Source: Mytilus edulis
Lineage: Eukaryota
Assembly (NCBI RefSeq): GCF_963676685.1
Contig: NC_092347.1
Location: 83,452,001-83,516,000 of the forward strand
Direction: 5' to 3'
DNA: 64,000 nt
The notes beneath the pieces are model-generated. The model was not told the DNA's origin and did no database searches. It was given only the letters and a program-made list of their open reading frames with translations. Made by a program: the position numbers and the translations under genes. This document shows positions 13,715 through 25,769 of this stretch, in pieces (positions within the stretch are counted from its first letter, which is position 1; the number at the start of each line of letters is the position of its first letter).

Positions 13715-14289
13715 AAACAACATGCAAACATCGGTTAAACAAATTCTTTTTATCAACAGAAGAAGAAACTCAACATAGAATATGGCCTTTTCCGTATGAA
13801 GCTCGATGGCAAATTTTAAATTTGATATAGTTGTTGGGATGAGAGCAGACAACTCGTGTTAAAAAGAACACGTATGTGTGAAAAAAGTCCGATAAGATAG
13901 TAAAATCACAAATAATGACACAAAATAAAAGCTAAACACCTAGTAGTTATGAATGATTTTGCAATAAGTAGTATTCCATTTTTTACCAGTCTGTTTTTAC
14001 TTGTATGCTCAATATTGTTTTTAAACGAGAGGGTACAATGAACTGATGTTTTTAAAAATTGATATACAAATCATGATCATATTTTCTTCAGAGCATAAGA
14101 AACCAAGCTATACATAATTTGACCCCTATATAGCAATAGAAAATTAGAATATTATGATTATATAGTATCTCGATCTATGAAAAATAAAGTTTAAGGTTAT
14201 AACAGGAATACCAACCTTCATAATTGTTTTAATTTTTCAACGCGTTAACAGCCCTGCAACACAACATTTTTTAAAAATACTTTTACATG

Positions 14290-15040
14290 TTTACAAAACA
14301 TCAAAGATATCAGGCTTATAATTTGGTATGTCATACTCGAGTTTCGTCTCTATGAGATTTATCAGTGGCGCTATGACTACTCGGCTGGTGATACACTCGG
14401 CAACGAAACATCTACCAGCATTGACATCGACCAAGTGATTGTAAAAAGTCGTATCAGATTCCCGGCATATCGTTTGGTACGCCCGACGCGCGTTTCGACT
14501 TTATAACTCCTATCAGTGGCGCTCAAATTAAAACAGTAAGAAGGCCAAATAAAATATGAAATTGAAGAACATTAAAAACCAAAAAATCTGAAAAATAGTG
14601 CCAAAGATTACTAAGGCAATAGTTATCAAAGTTACCAGGCTTGTAATTTAACAGGCCAGACGCGCGTTTCGTCTACATAAGACTCATCAGTGACGCTCAG
14701 ATCCAAATAGTAAGAAAGCCAAACAAGTACTGAGTTGAAGAGCATTGATGATCCAAAATTACAAAAAGTTGTGCCAAATACGGCTATGGTTATCCATGCC
14801 TGGGGTAAGAAAATCCTTAGCATTTCGAATAATTCATAATTTTGCAAACAGTAAATTTATAAAATGGCCATATTATTAATATACATGTCAACACGGAAGT
14901 GCTGACTACTCGGCTGGTGATACCCTCGGGCACGAAGCGCCTACAAGAAGTGTCATCGACCCAGAGGTCTCAATGGTTATCAAAGGTACCAGGCTTATAA
15001 TTTAATACGCCAGACGCGCGTTTAGTCTACATTAGATATG
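14290..15040 (-). mobile_element. Tandem retrozyme-like array (subfamily B), ~354-nt monomer
   Basis: aat.gttatcaaag.taccaggctt.taattta recurs at 14618 and 14972. Hammerhead-like motifs at ~14335 and ~14481 (degenerate), 14654 (intact) and 15008 (truncated). Confidence 0.8.
14654..14695 (-). ncRNA. Minimal type I hammerhead ribozyme (intact core)
   Basis: Reverse complement reads cgtca-CTGATGA-gtct(tatgt)agac-GAAA-c(gcgc)g-TC-tggcc. Confidence 0.85.
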
Positions 15041-17249
15041 CCAGTGCAAAGTACAACCTTTAACCAGGAAAGTATTAGTAAATCAAGCTTTTTTTATTGT
15101 TGTATTAGATATTCACTGTTGTTACACTGTCGTGGAGATTGCAAAATACAATTGATTTATTTCATAGTCGACAACAGTACAAACTTCGAAAAGTTTGTTC
15201 TTGCACGACTCTCTTAGAAATAAAGAACAAAATATTAGGCCATATTCATTTAAAGCTTACAGCTAAGGATTCATGTTGCTTTGTGTACACAGTATCACAT
15301 ATTTAGTTAGTTACATTAGGGCAAAGACTTTGGTATATTGAAGATGAAGTGTCTATAAATAATCGGTCATAATACTCTACATAGTACTCGGAGTACAATA
15401 TTGTGCTCGACCGAATCCATGATTTTACTTGGTTGATTTTTTAGTCTGAGTACGATAATTCTAGCTCGAAACTTTTATAACCGCAAACGGTCAATCAGCA
15501 TCAGACCCCCACCCCTAATTCTAAATATCATGATATCTTTAGTTCAATTAACGTTATTGAGTACTGAACCCTGTCGAGCACATGCAGTCATGTATGTTGC
15601 GTTTTATTGGTACATGCAATTTTATTTGAAAATCACCGCTTGATTATTGTCATCTGCCAATCAAGATAATGGAATCTATGTTAATCAATTATGAATATAT
15701 AAATAAATACGATGATATAATCTTGACACCATCATGAATTAATTGACCGATACGATGTGTCGGTGTCTCAACTCACAAGGAACATGTTTTCGCGGTAACA
15801 TATCTTTAGAGCCGCCTGCTTTTTAAGTATTCCGTTTATTTCGTGAATTTGCTTGGTCAAGTGATTCATGCATAGCAAAAATTACACTGTCGATGCAATT
15901 GATCTCTATCCTTTAGGAGGTCCCTTAGTTTTTTGTTTTGTTTTTACCTTGATTGGTTTCTACGATATGCATGATTTAAACGTTGTAAATATACTGTTGC
16001 TTTAATTTACGACTCATAACTTTATATAAATGCAAAGATCTACAAAATTAGCTGTTTCTGGCAGTTTGCCTCAACCGTCAGAAATGTGAACCTCTTATCG
16101 AAATATTTTAGATTGAATTGAAAGTAAATAGAAGTACTTATATCTTGTTTAGCTAACCACTTTCATGTATTTGCTCAAATTTGACCAAAGCCTCTCAAAG
16201 AGAGCAGAGTGACACCTCTCTCCTTTATTTCACTTTCAGGTAAACTGATGATGTTCTTTCACTAAAAATATCCTTTCTTTACTAAGTACACATATCCATA
16301 TCAACTTGTAATTAAGTTTCCAAGAAGGTTTGATCCATGTCTATAGCCTTTTTTTACGATTGATGCTGATAGATATTTAAACCTGAAAGCATTATAAAAT
16401 ACTAATATACTAATCCAGAAGGGTCATGGGAAAGGACGACGACTGCAATTTTCATAGTGCCGCAGCATTAAACTGTAAATATGTTGAGGAGAGGACCATA
16501 TTTTCACTCTCAATTTGATGTCTCTTTCATAAACCCTAATTGTTACAGTTTTGTATTGTATTACTTTAGCTAAACGTTATTAAAGAGACACATGAATTTA
16601 TATTTACGATGTTTACATATAGTAAATAAAAAGGTGTTAAGATATATGCCAAGAACCTCCTTTTCCCTCTTGGACAGATGCCGGATAAATATTAGAACCA
16701 ATAGCTGAGGTGTCCTATTTCAGATATCCTGGTTTATGTTAATTTAGCGTACCATACTCATCATATGTAACAGTTAGCTTGTTATCGTCTGCTTGTTACA
16801 TTTTCAATTTTCAAATTAGATAAAGAAATTCCAATGAAATAAGCTAATTCATATGCCAAAATCAGGAAGGATGCAAGTGGTTTCAAAGTAATTTTTCTAT
16901 TTTCAACGTCTTTAGATACAAACATAAATTTCAAATGATAAGATATATATATATACAATCTTTGTGATAAATCACAACAAAATGAAAATAGCAACATAAG
17001 CAACTACAAATGCATGCCATGCTCAAACAAATACAATTTCTTAGTATATGCAGTTTTATATGCTATATATTCACATTTTCTTTGGTATGTACTAGAACAA
17101 GCAGCGACAGCAAATATTATTTGTAAATTTGTAAACATACTTACTTTTTAATATCAATTAAAAGTTGCAATTGGAAATCCAGAAGCCCCCTATATTGTTA
17201 AAGCATTCAAGTATTGTCAAGTTAATGTCAAATTTACAGCAAATCACAT

Positions 17250-17927
17250 TTAAATGGTGAACTCGAGCATAGTAGCAAATTTACTCTCCTCATCTCCTTG
17301 AAAATTGGCTGAAAGTTTTACTTTAGAATTTGACCCTCGGTATTTATCCAAGCTAAATTTTGCCATCCAAACAGGTCCTCCCCGGTTTTCGAAATGGAAC
17401 CACTCCTCATCAACAACAACGGCTACTCCATTGGCATGGGGTACATTGACGCGCCAGTTGATATTCGTCAAATTGCTGTTGGCGTGCAAGACTAGTGGCT
17501 CATGTAGAAAGCATCCGTCCTTCCATTGAGCATAGTGCTTTGGAAACGGATGAACCGTCTGGGCTGCGGTTGTACAACGAATCAGATAGTTGTATACGTT
17601 CGGAAGAGATTTACTTTCATCAGATGATGGTAGTGCATACAACTGAAGTTTATAATAGCCGGTTTCTGGCATATGAACCATTACATGGATGATACCTTCT
17701 TTCATCTGAGCAAAGACATATTCTGAATATTCCTTTTCAGAGATGCAGTGGATAAGTTGGTATGTAATTTTGATATGTGCCGTCGCCGACCCTATTTCAA
17801 TTTTCAAATGATTATCCCGTGCAATAATCTCTGGATTCGGATGGGTCATGGTTTTTAGTCCAAGTTCATTCCATTTTTCCTGGGGTCCAAGGTAGCCTTC
17901 AGGGATTTCTGGCTTTCTTCCGGCCAT
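17250..17927 (-). CDS. Stand-alone kyphoscoliosis-peptidase/hillarin C-terminal (Ig-like) domain protein, 225 aa, paralogue 2
   Basis: Intact ORF with acaATGG context and an in-frame TAA 21 nt upstream. Roughly two-thirds identical by eye to paralogue 1, with mostly conservative changes. Confidence 0.85.
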   Translation of the reverse strand: MAGRKPEIPEGYLGPQEKWNELGLKTMTHPNPEIIARDNHLKIEIGSATAHIKITYQLIHCISEKEYSEYVFAQMKEGIIHVMVHMPETGYYKLQLYALPSSDESKSLPNVYNYLIRCTTAAQTVHPFPKHYAQWKDGCFLHEPLVLHANSNLTNINWRVNVPHANGVAVVVDEEWFHFENRGGPVWMAKFSLDKYRGSNSKVKLSANFQGDEESKFATMLEFTI

Positions 17928-17989
17928 TGTGTTACTCGAACGTACTTAGTCTATCTTTAGATTGTCTTCTAAGTAAAAGAAAGTAAAAT

Positions 17990-18142
17990 AGCAATCCAGA
18001 AATATGTATGCGACGACACTGTCAGTGGTAACCAATAGCCTGTTATGTTAGCAACGATTCTATCGTTATTTTCTGTAAGTTACGTTCTAGCATGGAAAAA
18101 GCTAAACTAAGATGATAGATAGAAGCTTGTCAGAAACAATCT
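17990..18142 (-). promoter_or_regulatory. Conserved upstream block of paralogue 2
   Basis: Colinear with 4788-4945. Confidence 0.6.
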
Positions 18143-20242
18143 AAAATTATACCACATACGTATTTATTGGTTTCTTGTTGGTGGAAGATGTATGTTCTTT
18201 TACATGATGCTATATCTATTGTTGTCTTCTAATCGTCATTAATTAATATCTTATTGTAAGCATGATTCTCTTTGAATATTCTGTGAAATTCATAGAATAG
18301 AACACTCAATTTTCTTTGTTGATAAATAAACGTAAAACGAAAATACACTGAATTCACTTGTATAATTTGTTAATAGATGTTTCTTATAATACTCTGTTTT
18401 TATCTTTCTTACATTAAGCGAGAGGATGTAGTTGTTTGTGTATGTTTACATCATCATCTAAAACAATTATTTTCCCATCAAATACAATAATTCAATTACA
18501 GCTAAAGTTTTGAAGTACAAAACGATCTGAATAGTTTCGTATCTTTTTAACCATTACCAGTCGGGAACACAGTAGTTCAGCGCAGATTATAAGTGGGTTC
18601 GTTTGTGTTTCTCTATCAATAGAACATATCGTTTGTATTCTCATCTTTTGCTCTGGCAATTGTATTGGATGTTCTTCTTTATTTATAAATTTTAGTTCTC
18701 TATTTTTTTTATTCACAAACAACTTTCTATGTTTTCATAACTCTTGATATTGAAGTCCAGGTTTATCATGGATAAATTATACAATTTTGATGTTGATCTA
18801 GTATGGATAACCTTATTGATCTTTCAAATGTCCCATTTAATTGAAGAATTTGGTAGTTTCTAAGAATATTTTTGTGTGTAGTTTTTTTTCAATTAACATC
18901 ATTACCATCGAAAACAAAACTATACAGTAACAGAATAACTAGTGTTTAAAGTGCATTTGATATATACATGAATATTTTTTTAGCATTTGCCAAGATAGAA
19001 CGCATTGCTATATATTATTTATACCTTCGTCATAAAAGAATAATCACCAATAATGGGACTATTTTGAAGCTGATGCCACTGAATGTTCGATTTTCATGAT
19101 ACAGTGGCACGAGGTTGACATATGTTCTTTTTTTTTTATTAATTATTTACAAGATTGATCGTTTATATAAATATACAGTGTTAATTTCCATTGTTTAACG
19201 CGAGCGTACATTTTAAATGAATACATTGAATGAAAACTACGGTTCCTTATTTGTGCATTGTGATTAAAACTTGATTCTTTTGTATAATTACTTTCATTTG
19301 TTTCCAACTCTGTCTTGTATTGTTCTTGTCGTACTATTGCAAATATTCAATTTCATGACTGCATCATGTGTTTCTATCAGTTTACCATAGTGCTATCACA
19401 TGGTTAGGTTAGAAATTAATGGTAAACCCTAGTTTTAAGTGTTTTAATGTCTTATCTTACCGTTTTAATTTAATGACATAACTGTATGACCCGATTTTCA
19501 ATTAACAGTGGTAAGATAACCGTTGCAAAGTATCCTGCTCAAACTTTTGTGAAAGACGTTTTTAACTTTGAAGTGTTGCGAGAGTTTATGTTCTATGTTG
19601 AAGGCACTTGTATATATAGTGACCTGCAATACAAGTACTGTTCCGTTGAGTTAAGTTATATGTCTTCTGTCTCTGTCCCTGACCCATGTTTTTTTTGTAT
19701 TTGGCATGTGTAGTGCATCATGACATAAGACATTGTTACGTGCACCATGATGAACTTTCGTGCAGGACTGCTTTGTGTATTTTTTACATGGAACTCTTGA
19801 CCAGACTATGACTTTTTTGCTCTTGACCTATGCACTTTGGGTGTGTCATCATGATACAGTGTGTTTCTTTGTATATTACCCTGACCTAAAAGTATAATTC
19901 TAAATTGACCTTGCTTCTGAATATGTAGCATGAAGATGTATTGTCATAAGATGGTGAGTCTTGTGGCACGAGAAACTTCATATGAGCTTGACCTTTGCCC
20001 TCATTGTACAACTTGTATATTTTGTTTGAATTATATGGAGAATTGTCTGATTGCACTCATACCACATCTTCTTATATCTATATTAGATATATAGATATAT
20101 TTGTTAGTTTTGTGTACCACGATGACCCTTTACTCAAAATCTGCGTTGTGGTTTTTTTTGTCATGGAACTCTTGACAAGTCTATGACTTTTTGACTCTTG
20201 ACCTATGCATATTGGGTGTGCCTCTTGGTATGATTACCTTGA

Positions 20243-20477
20243 CTAAGTCAGGAGTCTCTGGGTTTTTTTAGTCTTGTATGTTTTTAATTGTAAGTTCGGT
20301 TTTATGTATTGGAGTTTGAACTAGTACACATTTTGTTTAGGGGCCATCTGAAGTCCGCCGCCGGGCGAGGGATTTTCTCATTTTGTTAAAACCCATTGGC
20401 GACCTTCGACTGCTTTTTGCTCTTTTGTCATGTTACTGTCTCTTTAATGCATTTCACATTTCCATTCTCAATTTTTG
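20243..20477 (+). mobile_element. Degraded SINE-like element 3' part
   Basis: aagtcaggag core followed by acccattggcgaccttcg...tttccattctcaatttt tail. Confidence 0.5.
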
Positions 20478-22204
20478 AATTGAAGAATGTTTTGATCAAA
20501 TGAAAACTAAATCTTTTAATTGCCGTGAAAAATTAGAGAGAACATTTACTGCTTCAGTAGCACCATGTGCTGCCAGTTGTGATAGATTATTCAAAATGTT
20601 TCAATCATTTTACCTAGGATTTCATTTCATGAACATGTAGATATGGATAGTCTGTTTAAGCATCTTGAAAAATCACACAGAAGGTATACGCATATCAATA
20701 AACTGAACTCAGTGCGAAGAACCTTTAAAGTACACTTAGACATTGAGCTCAATCTAGTGAAACACTTTTTTATGCTGGTCACTGTCTGTTTTCAAACTGC
20801 ACCGCAATCCTAAAAAAGAATATGCAAGTTAATTCTAATAGAAGTAGAATCCAAAGGAAGTAAATAAACTGTTTACTGAAATAAATGTACAATATGTCTA
20901 TGGGCCACAGATGCCCCTGCTTGTGAAAAAAACCCTGAAGTAAACTTCCACATATAATAGATGCAGGATTCACGTAATTTTGACTTTTTGTGACCATAAG
21001 CATTGTGTATAAGTTTCAAAACATTTGGTTGAGGCAAACTAAAGTTAAAGAACAGAAACAACAGATTTAGCATTTTTCCTATCTTAAGTGTTGATATTTG
21101 TATCATTAGTACTCGTACCAACTTCTTATATCTAATAACTCATGAACAGTAACACCACCCAATATCGAACTTGATAGATCTGTGTTATAGGGTAATAAGC
21201 ATTACGTAAAAGGTTTATAACTTTTGATTGAGTCAAACCTATTAAAAAGAACGTTTTTAAAGGAACATGATAGCTCATGAACGGTAAAAGTGACGCTACC
21301 AAATTTCAAATTTAATTCTTTTTAATGTGGAAATAAGCATTGTCCCAGGTTAGGGAGATGGCGGAGACCCCGCTAACATTTTCAAACCCGCCTTATTCAG
21401 TATGCATGTGCCATCTAGTCTTTTGTGGAGAGTTCTTATTGGCACTCATGCCACATCTTCTTTTTGATTTTGTGTATAAGTTTTGTAGTACTTAGTTGAA
21501 GCAACTAAAGTTAAGAGAACGGAACCCTTTTTGTTTGGACGTTCGGGACGAACAGACTAGAGTAACTCTTCATGCCCCTTTACTATGGTACCAACACGGA
21601 AGTTCTGACTACTGTGCTGGTGCTACTTATCCCACTAGCACTGTCATTAACACACACAATTTTATTATAAAAATATGCAATCTTAATTTTGATTTGATTA
21701 TTTTGGGCCTATAATGATTATGTACAATGTATGCATGCCTTAATCATGTTAATTTCACAAGTAGTATCAAATTTGACAAATTTATTGTACATATACATTT
21801 TTGTAATATTTTATAACTTGTTTTTCAATTAAACAAAGCTAACAAACTTAAATTGATCATCACTTTCTTTTTATATGTCTTTTAACATTCCGTTTTGAAC
21901 AAAACGATTTGTTACATATACTTCACATGTCTTTCTATCCAAACTGACATTATTACAAAGCAGCTATTAAATAAAATTCATTCGAACTTTAAATGTGCAA
22001 TCAAATATATATGCAAGTCGTCAACTGGTCAAGTGGCTAGATGCATATATCGTTGATGGCCAATTGAACGACAGGCCCTAATTTTGTTGTTTTAAAACTT
22101 CTAGAAATATTAACGGAAATAAGGGATGAGTAAAGGGAAATAAATAAAAACAGAACGACTGAATTAGATAAAAGGATGTTCGATACAATGTATATTTCGT
22201 TTTA

Positions 22205-22760
22205 TTTTTAACCGGATTTTTGTGACAAAAATGTCGGTTATTGATTTGGGGATGTACGTCGGGCGGCCGATCGGGCGGGCGGGCGGCAATCAAATGTTGT
22301 CCGTGCATTAACTCATGAACCGTTCAACCAAAGCTTTTAAAACTTTAATATGTTGTTCCTGACAACTAAATGAAGGTCAAGTTCAATAATGTCCGTGCAT
22401 TTACGCATGAACTGTTCTACCAAAGCTTCCCAAATTTTAATATGTTGTTACTGATGACAAAATAGAGGTCACATTCAATAATGACGATTTTGACTTTTAC
22501 TGTTCAGGAGTTATGGTTCTTGAAAGATTGAAAAATGGCGTTTCCATTCACGTTGTTGCATTTACTCATGAACCATTCAATCTAAGCTTTTCAAATTTTA
22601 ATATGTTGATACTGATGACAAAATGAAGGTCAAATTTGATATTGACGGTTTTCACTTGAAAAAAAATCACCATTTATCAGTAATGGTTCTTGTGATATTG
22701 CCAGGACACAAATAAATATTAATAAATCCGGTTTGCTGTCGTTGTGACAGCCTCTTGTTT
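22205..22760 (+). mobile_element. Helentron-like non-autonomous element with (GGGC)n and internal tandem repeats
   Basis: Subterminal inverted repeat aaccggattt (22210) / aaatccggttt (22724); 3' hairpin gctgtc-gttgt-gacagc then ctcttgttt; T-rich target; internal repeated catttactcatgaac...aagctt units. Confidence 0.65.
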
Positions 22761-22965
22761 AAATCTAAACGATGCTTTATTTTTATCTAGATTCCTAATC
22801 AAAATTAATAGAATGAAAAAATAAATACCTAACAGCTTCTTTCGCCGTCGATCCTGAAATGTTTAATGTTATAAAACAATTTTAGCGTCTTTGACCTACA
22901 TTATCTTTTTATTCGGATACTTGTAGTTATCTTCTCCAAGTTCAACGGGGACATTAGAATAATCT

Positions 22966-23133
22966 AGAATAGAACCCAAATGGAACCAAGAAGTCGGGTG
23001 CAATAACCAAACAACCCGGATGTTGAACCAGTTACCATGGTTTCGAACCATAGAACCCGGATAGAACCAAGGTTCTGAACCAAACAACCCAGATGGAACC
23101 AAGGTTTCGAACCAGAGTGCCCGGATAGAACCT
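22966..23133. repeat. Degenerate GAACC-based minisatellite
   Basis: gaacc recurs every ~10-22 bp, with a longer unit ggtttcgaacca...cccggatagaacc present twice. Confidence 0.75.
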
Positions 23134-25651
23134 TATTGCATTCGGAATTCTCATGACTTTTTATACCTTCAACGTATTTTCCAAATCATTTATTTATTTA
23201 GTATATTTATATATAATTTTGTAAACTCTTAAAACATCTAAGGTGTTTTTGTATTCTTCAAATAATGACTCAATAAATGAGAGGACACGGCAGTTTATTC
23301 GGATAATCTCTTGCACTACATATGATATGGCAGTTTAAAGATAAACTATAAAACATGTCATTTATTTTAATCTTTTTAATTCGACGTTATGACTGATTTA
23401 TTACAAAAATCAATACATAAAAAAGTATCCGAATTTCATCATCTAAACCATAATTATTTTTAGGGTTTAACTTGCTATAGTAAACTATCATTTCTTCTGA
23501 AATCTTAAATGTGTCGCTCTTTTGCAGAAATTAATCGTAGAAATACAAAAACGATTGGCATTAGATGTCTTAATACTGATTTCGGAACACTCGAGACGTG
23601 TCTTTAAAACAAATTTCAGCTACGTACGCTGAGGACATAACAGTTATGAAATAAATGGCTTATATAAAAATACACGGTTTAATATTTTTAGAGGGGAGGG
23701 GGAGGGTGGGACAAAACGCAAGTTATGTTTGAAAGTCATTGACACTAAAATGTTAATTACACAACGAGCCTTGTGACCATCTAAATCAGTACGAAATATA
23801 AAGTTTCAAGACAAACAAGGCCCAGTATTTGAATTACATGTATGTATCATTTCTTTATTTGTATTTATACAACCGAAACCAGTTTAGATAGAAATGCTTT
23901 GTGATCTCTTGAACTCTGGGTCCAACATGATAACTAGAAAAATAAGTTGTTCAATTTAGTCAATTGATATCCTCATTCTGAAGGTGCTTATTTATTTTAT
24001 TCTGGTTGCATGAATGTATGTGTAAAGTGTTATTTATTTAAGTGTTGCCCCTATTTGTTACATTTTTACCTTCTATGTCTATTTGTTTTGTTCACACATC
24101 GTTGTCAATATAATGGAAGTTGAGGCTCCTGTTATACAAGTGAGAGGTTTAGCGCTTTTAAACCAGGTTTAATCCACCAATTTCTTGTTTGTACCAAGTC
24201 AGGAATATGACAGTTGTTATCCATTCGGTTGATGTGATTGAGCTTTTGATTTTGTCATTTAATAAGGGACTTTCCGTTTGGAATATTTGTCGGAGTTCAG
24301 TATTTTTGTGATTTTAATTTTTATAGTTTTTTTTTGTAAGACTTAAAATTAAAAAGCAGAACATTACATCAACCATGGTAACTAATTTTGTACCTAAATG
24401 TTATCATGTTTACTTCTTAACACAAAACAAGTCACAGTTGAATTTTGTGCAAAATCGTGTTGACCTTATTTTTGTAGGTTTTAATAATGGTAAATATATT
24501 AAGGTAGTTAAGAAGCAGATATCATGTTTATATCTTTTATAAAATTTTCATTCAGTTTGATTTTAAGTCTGTAGTACTTGTAGAAATGTTTTATGTCTGT
24601 GATACCCATAGTATTGTGTTTAATGATCTTAACACTCTGATTTTCTCTGTATAATTTGTGAAAATATTGCTAAAAAGTAAAGGAGAATTTTCCTTTTGCA
24701 GTGAAACTGTTTGTCCATCGTCGACATAATCTATATAGATATACATTGTTACCAGTGGATTATCAGATGTATCCAATCGAGAAAGTTAATATCGAGATTT
24801 GATAAATCCGATAATCCACGAAAATGAATGAGATTTTTTTATAACTATCTTGTAACCTCCACGTGTCGTGTTTATCGTATAACTATAATACAGGGTATAT
24901 AATGAAAAATTCTAAATCTTAAAGTAAAATTCAAATTTGTTCATTAATATTTCGAAATCTACAAACGTTTGATTTGTTACTCATGAAACAGGTCTAATTA
25001 ACCAAAATATCTGTTTAAATGATACTTTTTATCGATTCTATCATGAATAACAATCTTTACATTTTCATGATAATGATTTTAACATTAAAAAAATACCGAA
25101 TACAGTCATCATGTCTTTTTTCAAATTTCAATCATTTTCGCGTCAAAGCGCGATAAGCATGAACTTAGATAAGAACTGAAATACTTCATAACGTTTGCTG
25201 AGGGTCTAAGTAGTAATTAGTGTCTAATCTGAAAACGTTTGATAACATATAAAAGTAATTTATTTATTTTTAGTTTGTTTGAAATATAGGATAGTTTCTC
25301 TGGTTATGTTTCAGGTATAGTCGTAGTGCGAAATGATACACTGCCATTATTTTCATAAATTATAGAATGGACATTCAGAAGAACAAAAGCATTTTAAGTG
25401 ACATGGTTTAGTCAGAATATTTCATTGTTAATCATTGTTAAACATTTCAGCGCGGTATAAAATAGTCCACTCGATGTCAACACAAAAGGTAAAGCAATAT
25501 CAATTTAGTTTACTGATCACGTTATCTGCATACTAATGACAACATCAATAATCTATATTCTAGGCCGTATTTGGCACATCTTTATGGAATTTTGGGTCAG
25601 CGGTGCTCTTCAGCTTGTACTTGATTGGCTTTATTACTATTTTGATCTGAG

Positions 25652-25693
25652 GGTCACTGATGAGTCTTGTGTAGACGAAACACGCGTCTGGCG
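25652..25693 (+). ncRNA. Minimal type I hammerhead ribozyme (core intact, stem III loop variant)
   Basis: gtca-CTGATGA-gtct(tgtgt)agac-GAAA-c(acgc)g-TC-tggcg, within retrozyme-like repeat 25555-25725. Confidence 0.75.
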
Positions 25694-25769
25694 TATTAAA
25701 TTATAAGCCTGGTACCTTTGGTAAATATAAGTTCTTCTACAAGACATTTTGGATTTAAAGGACTCTAAA

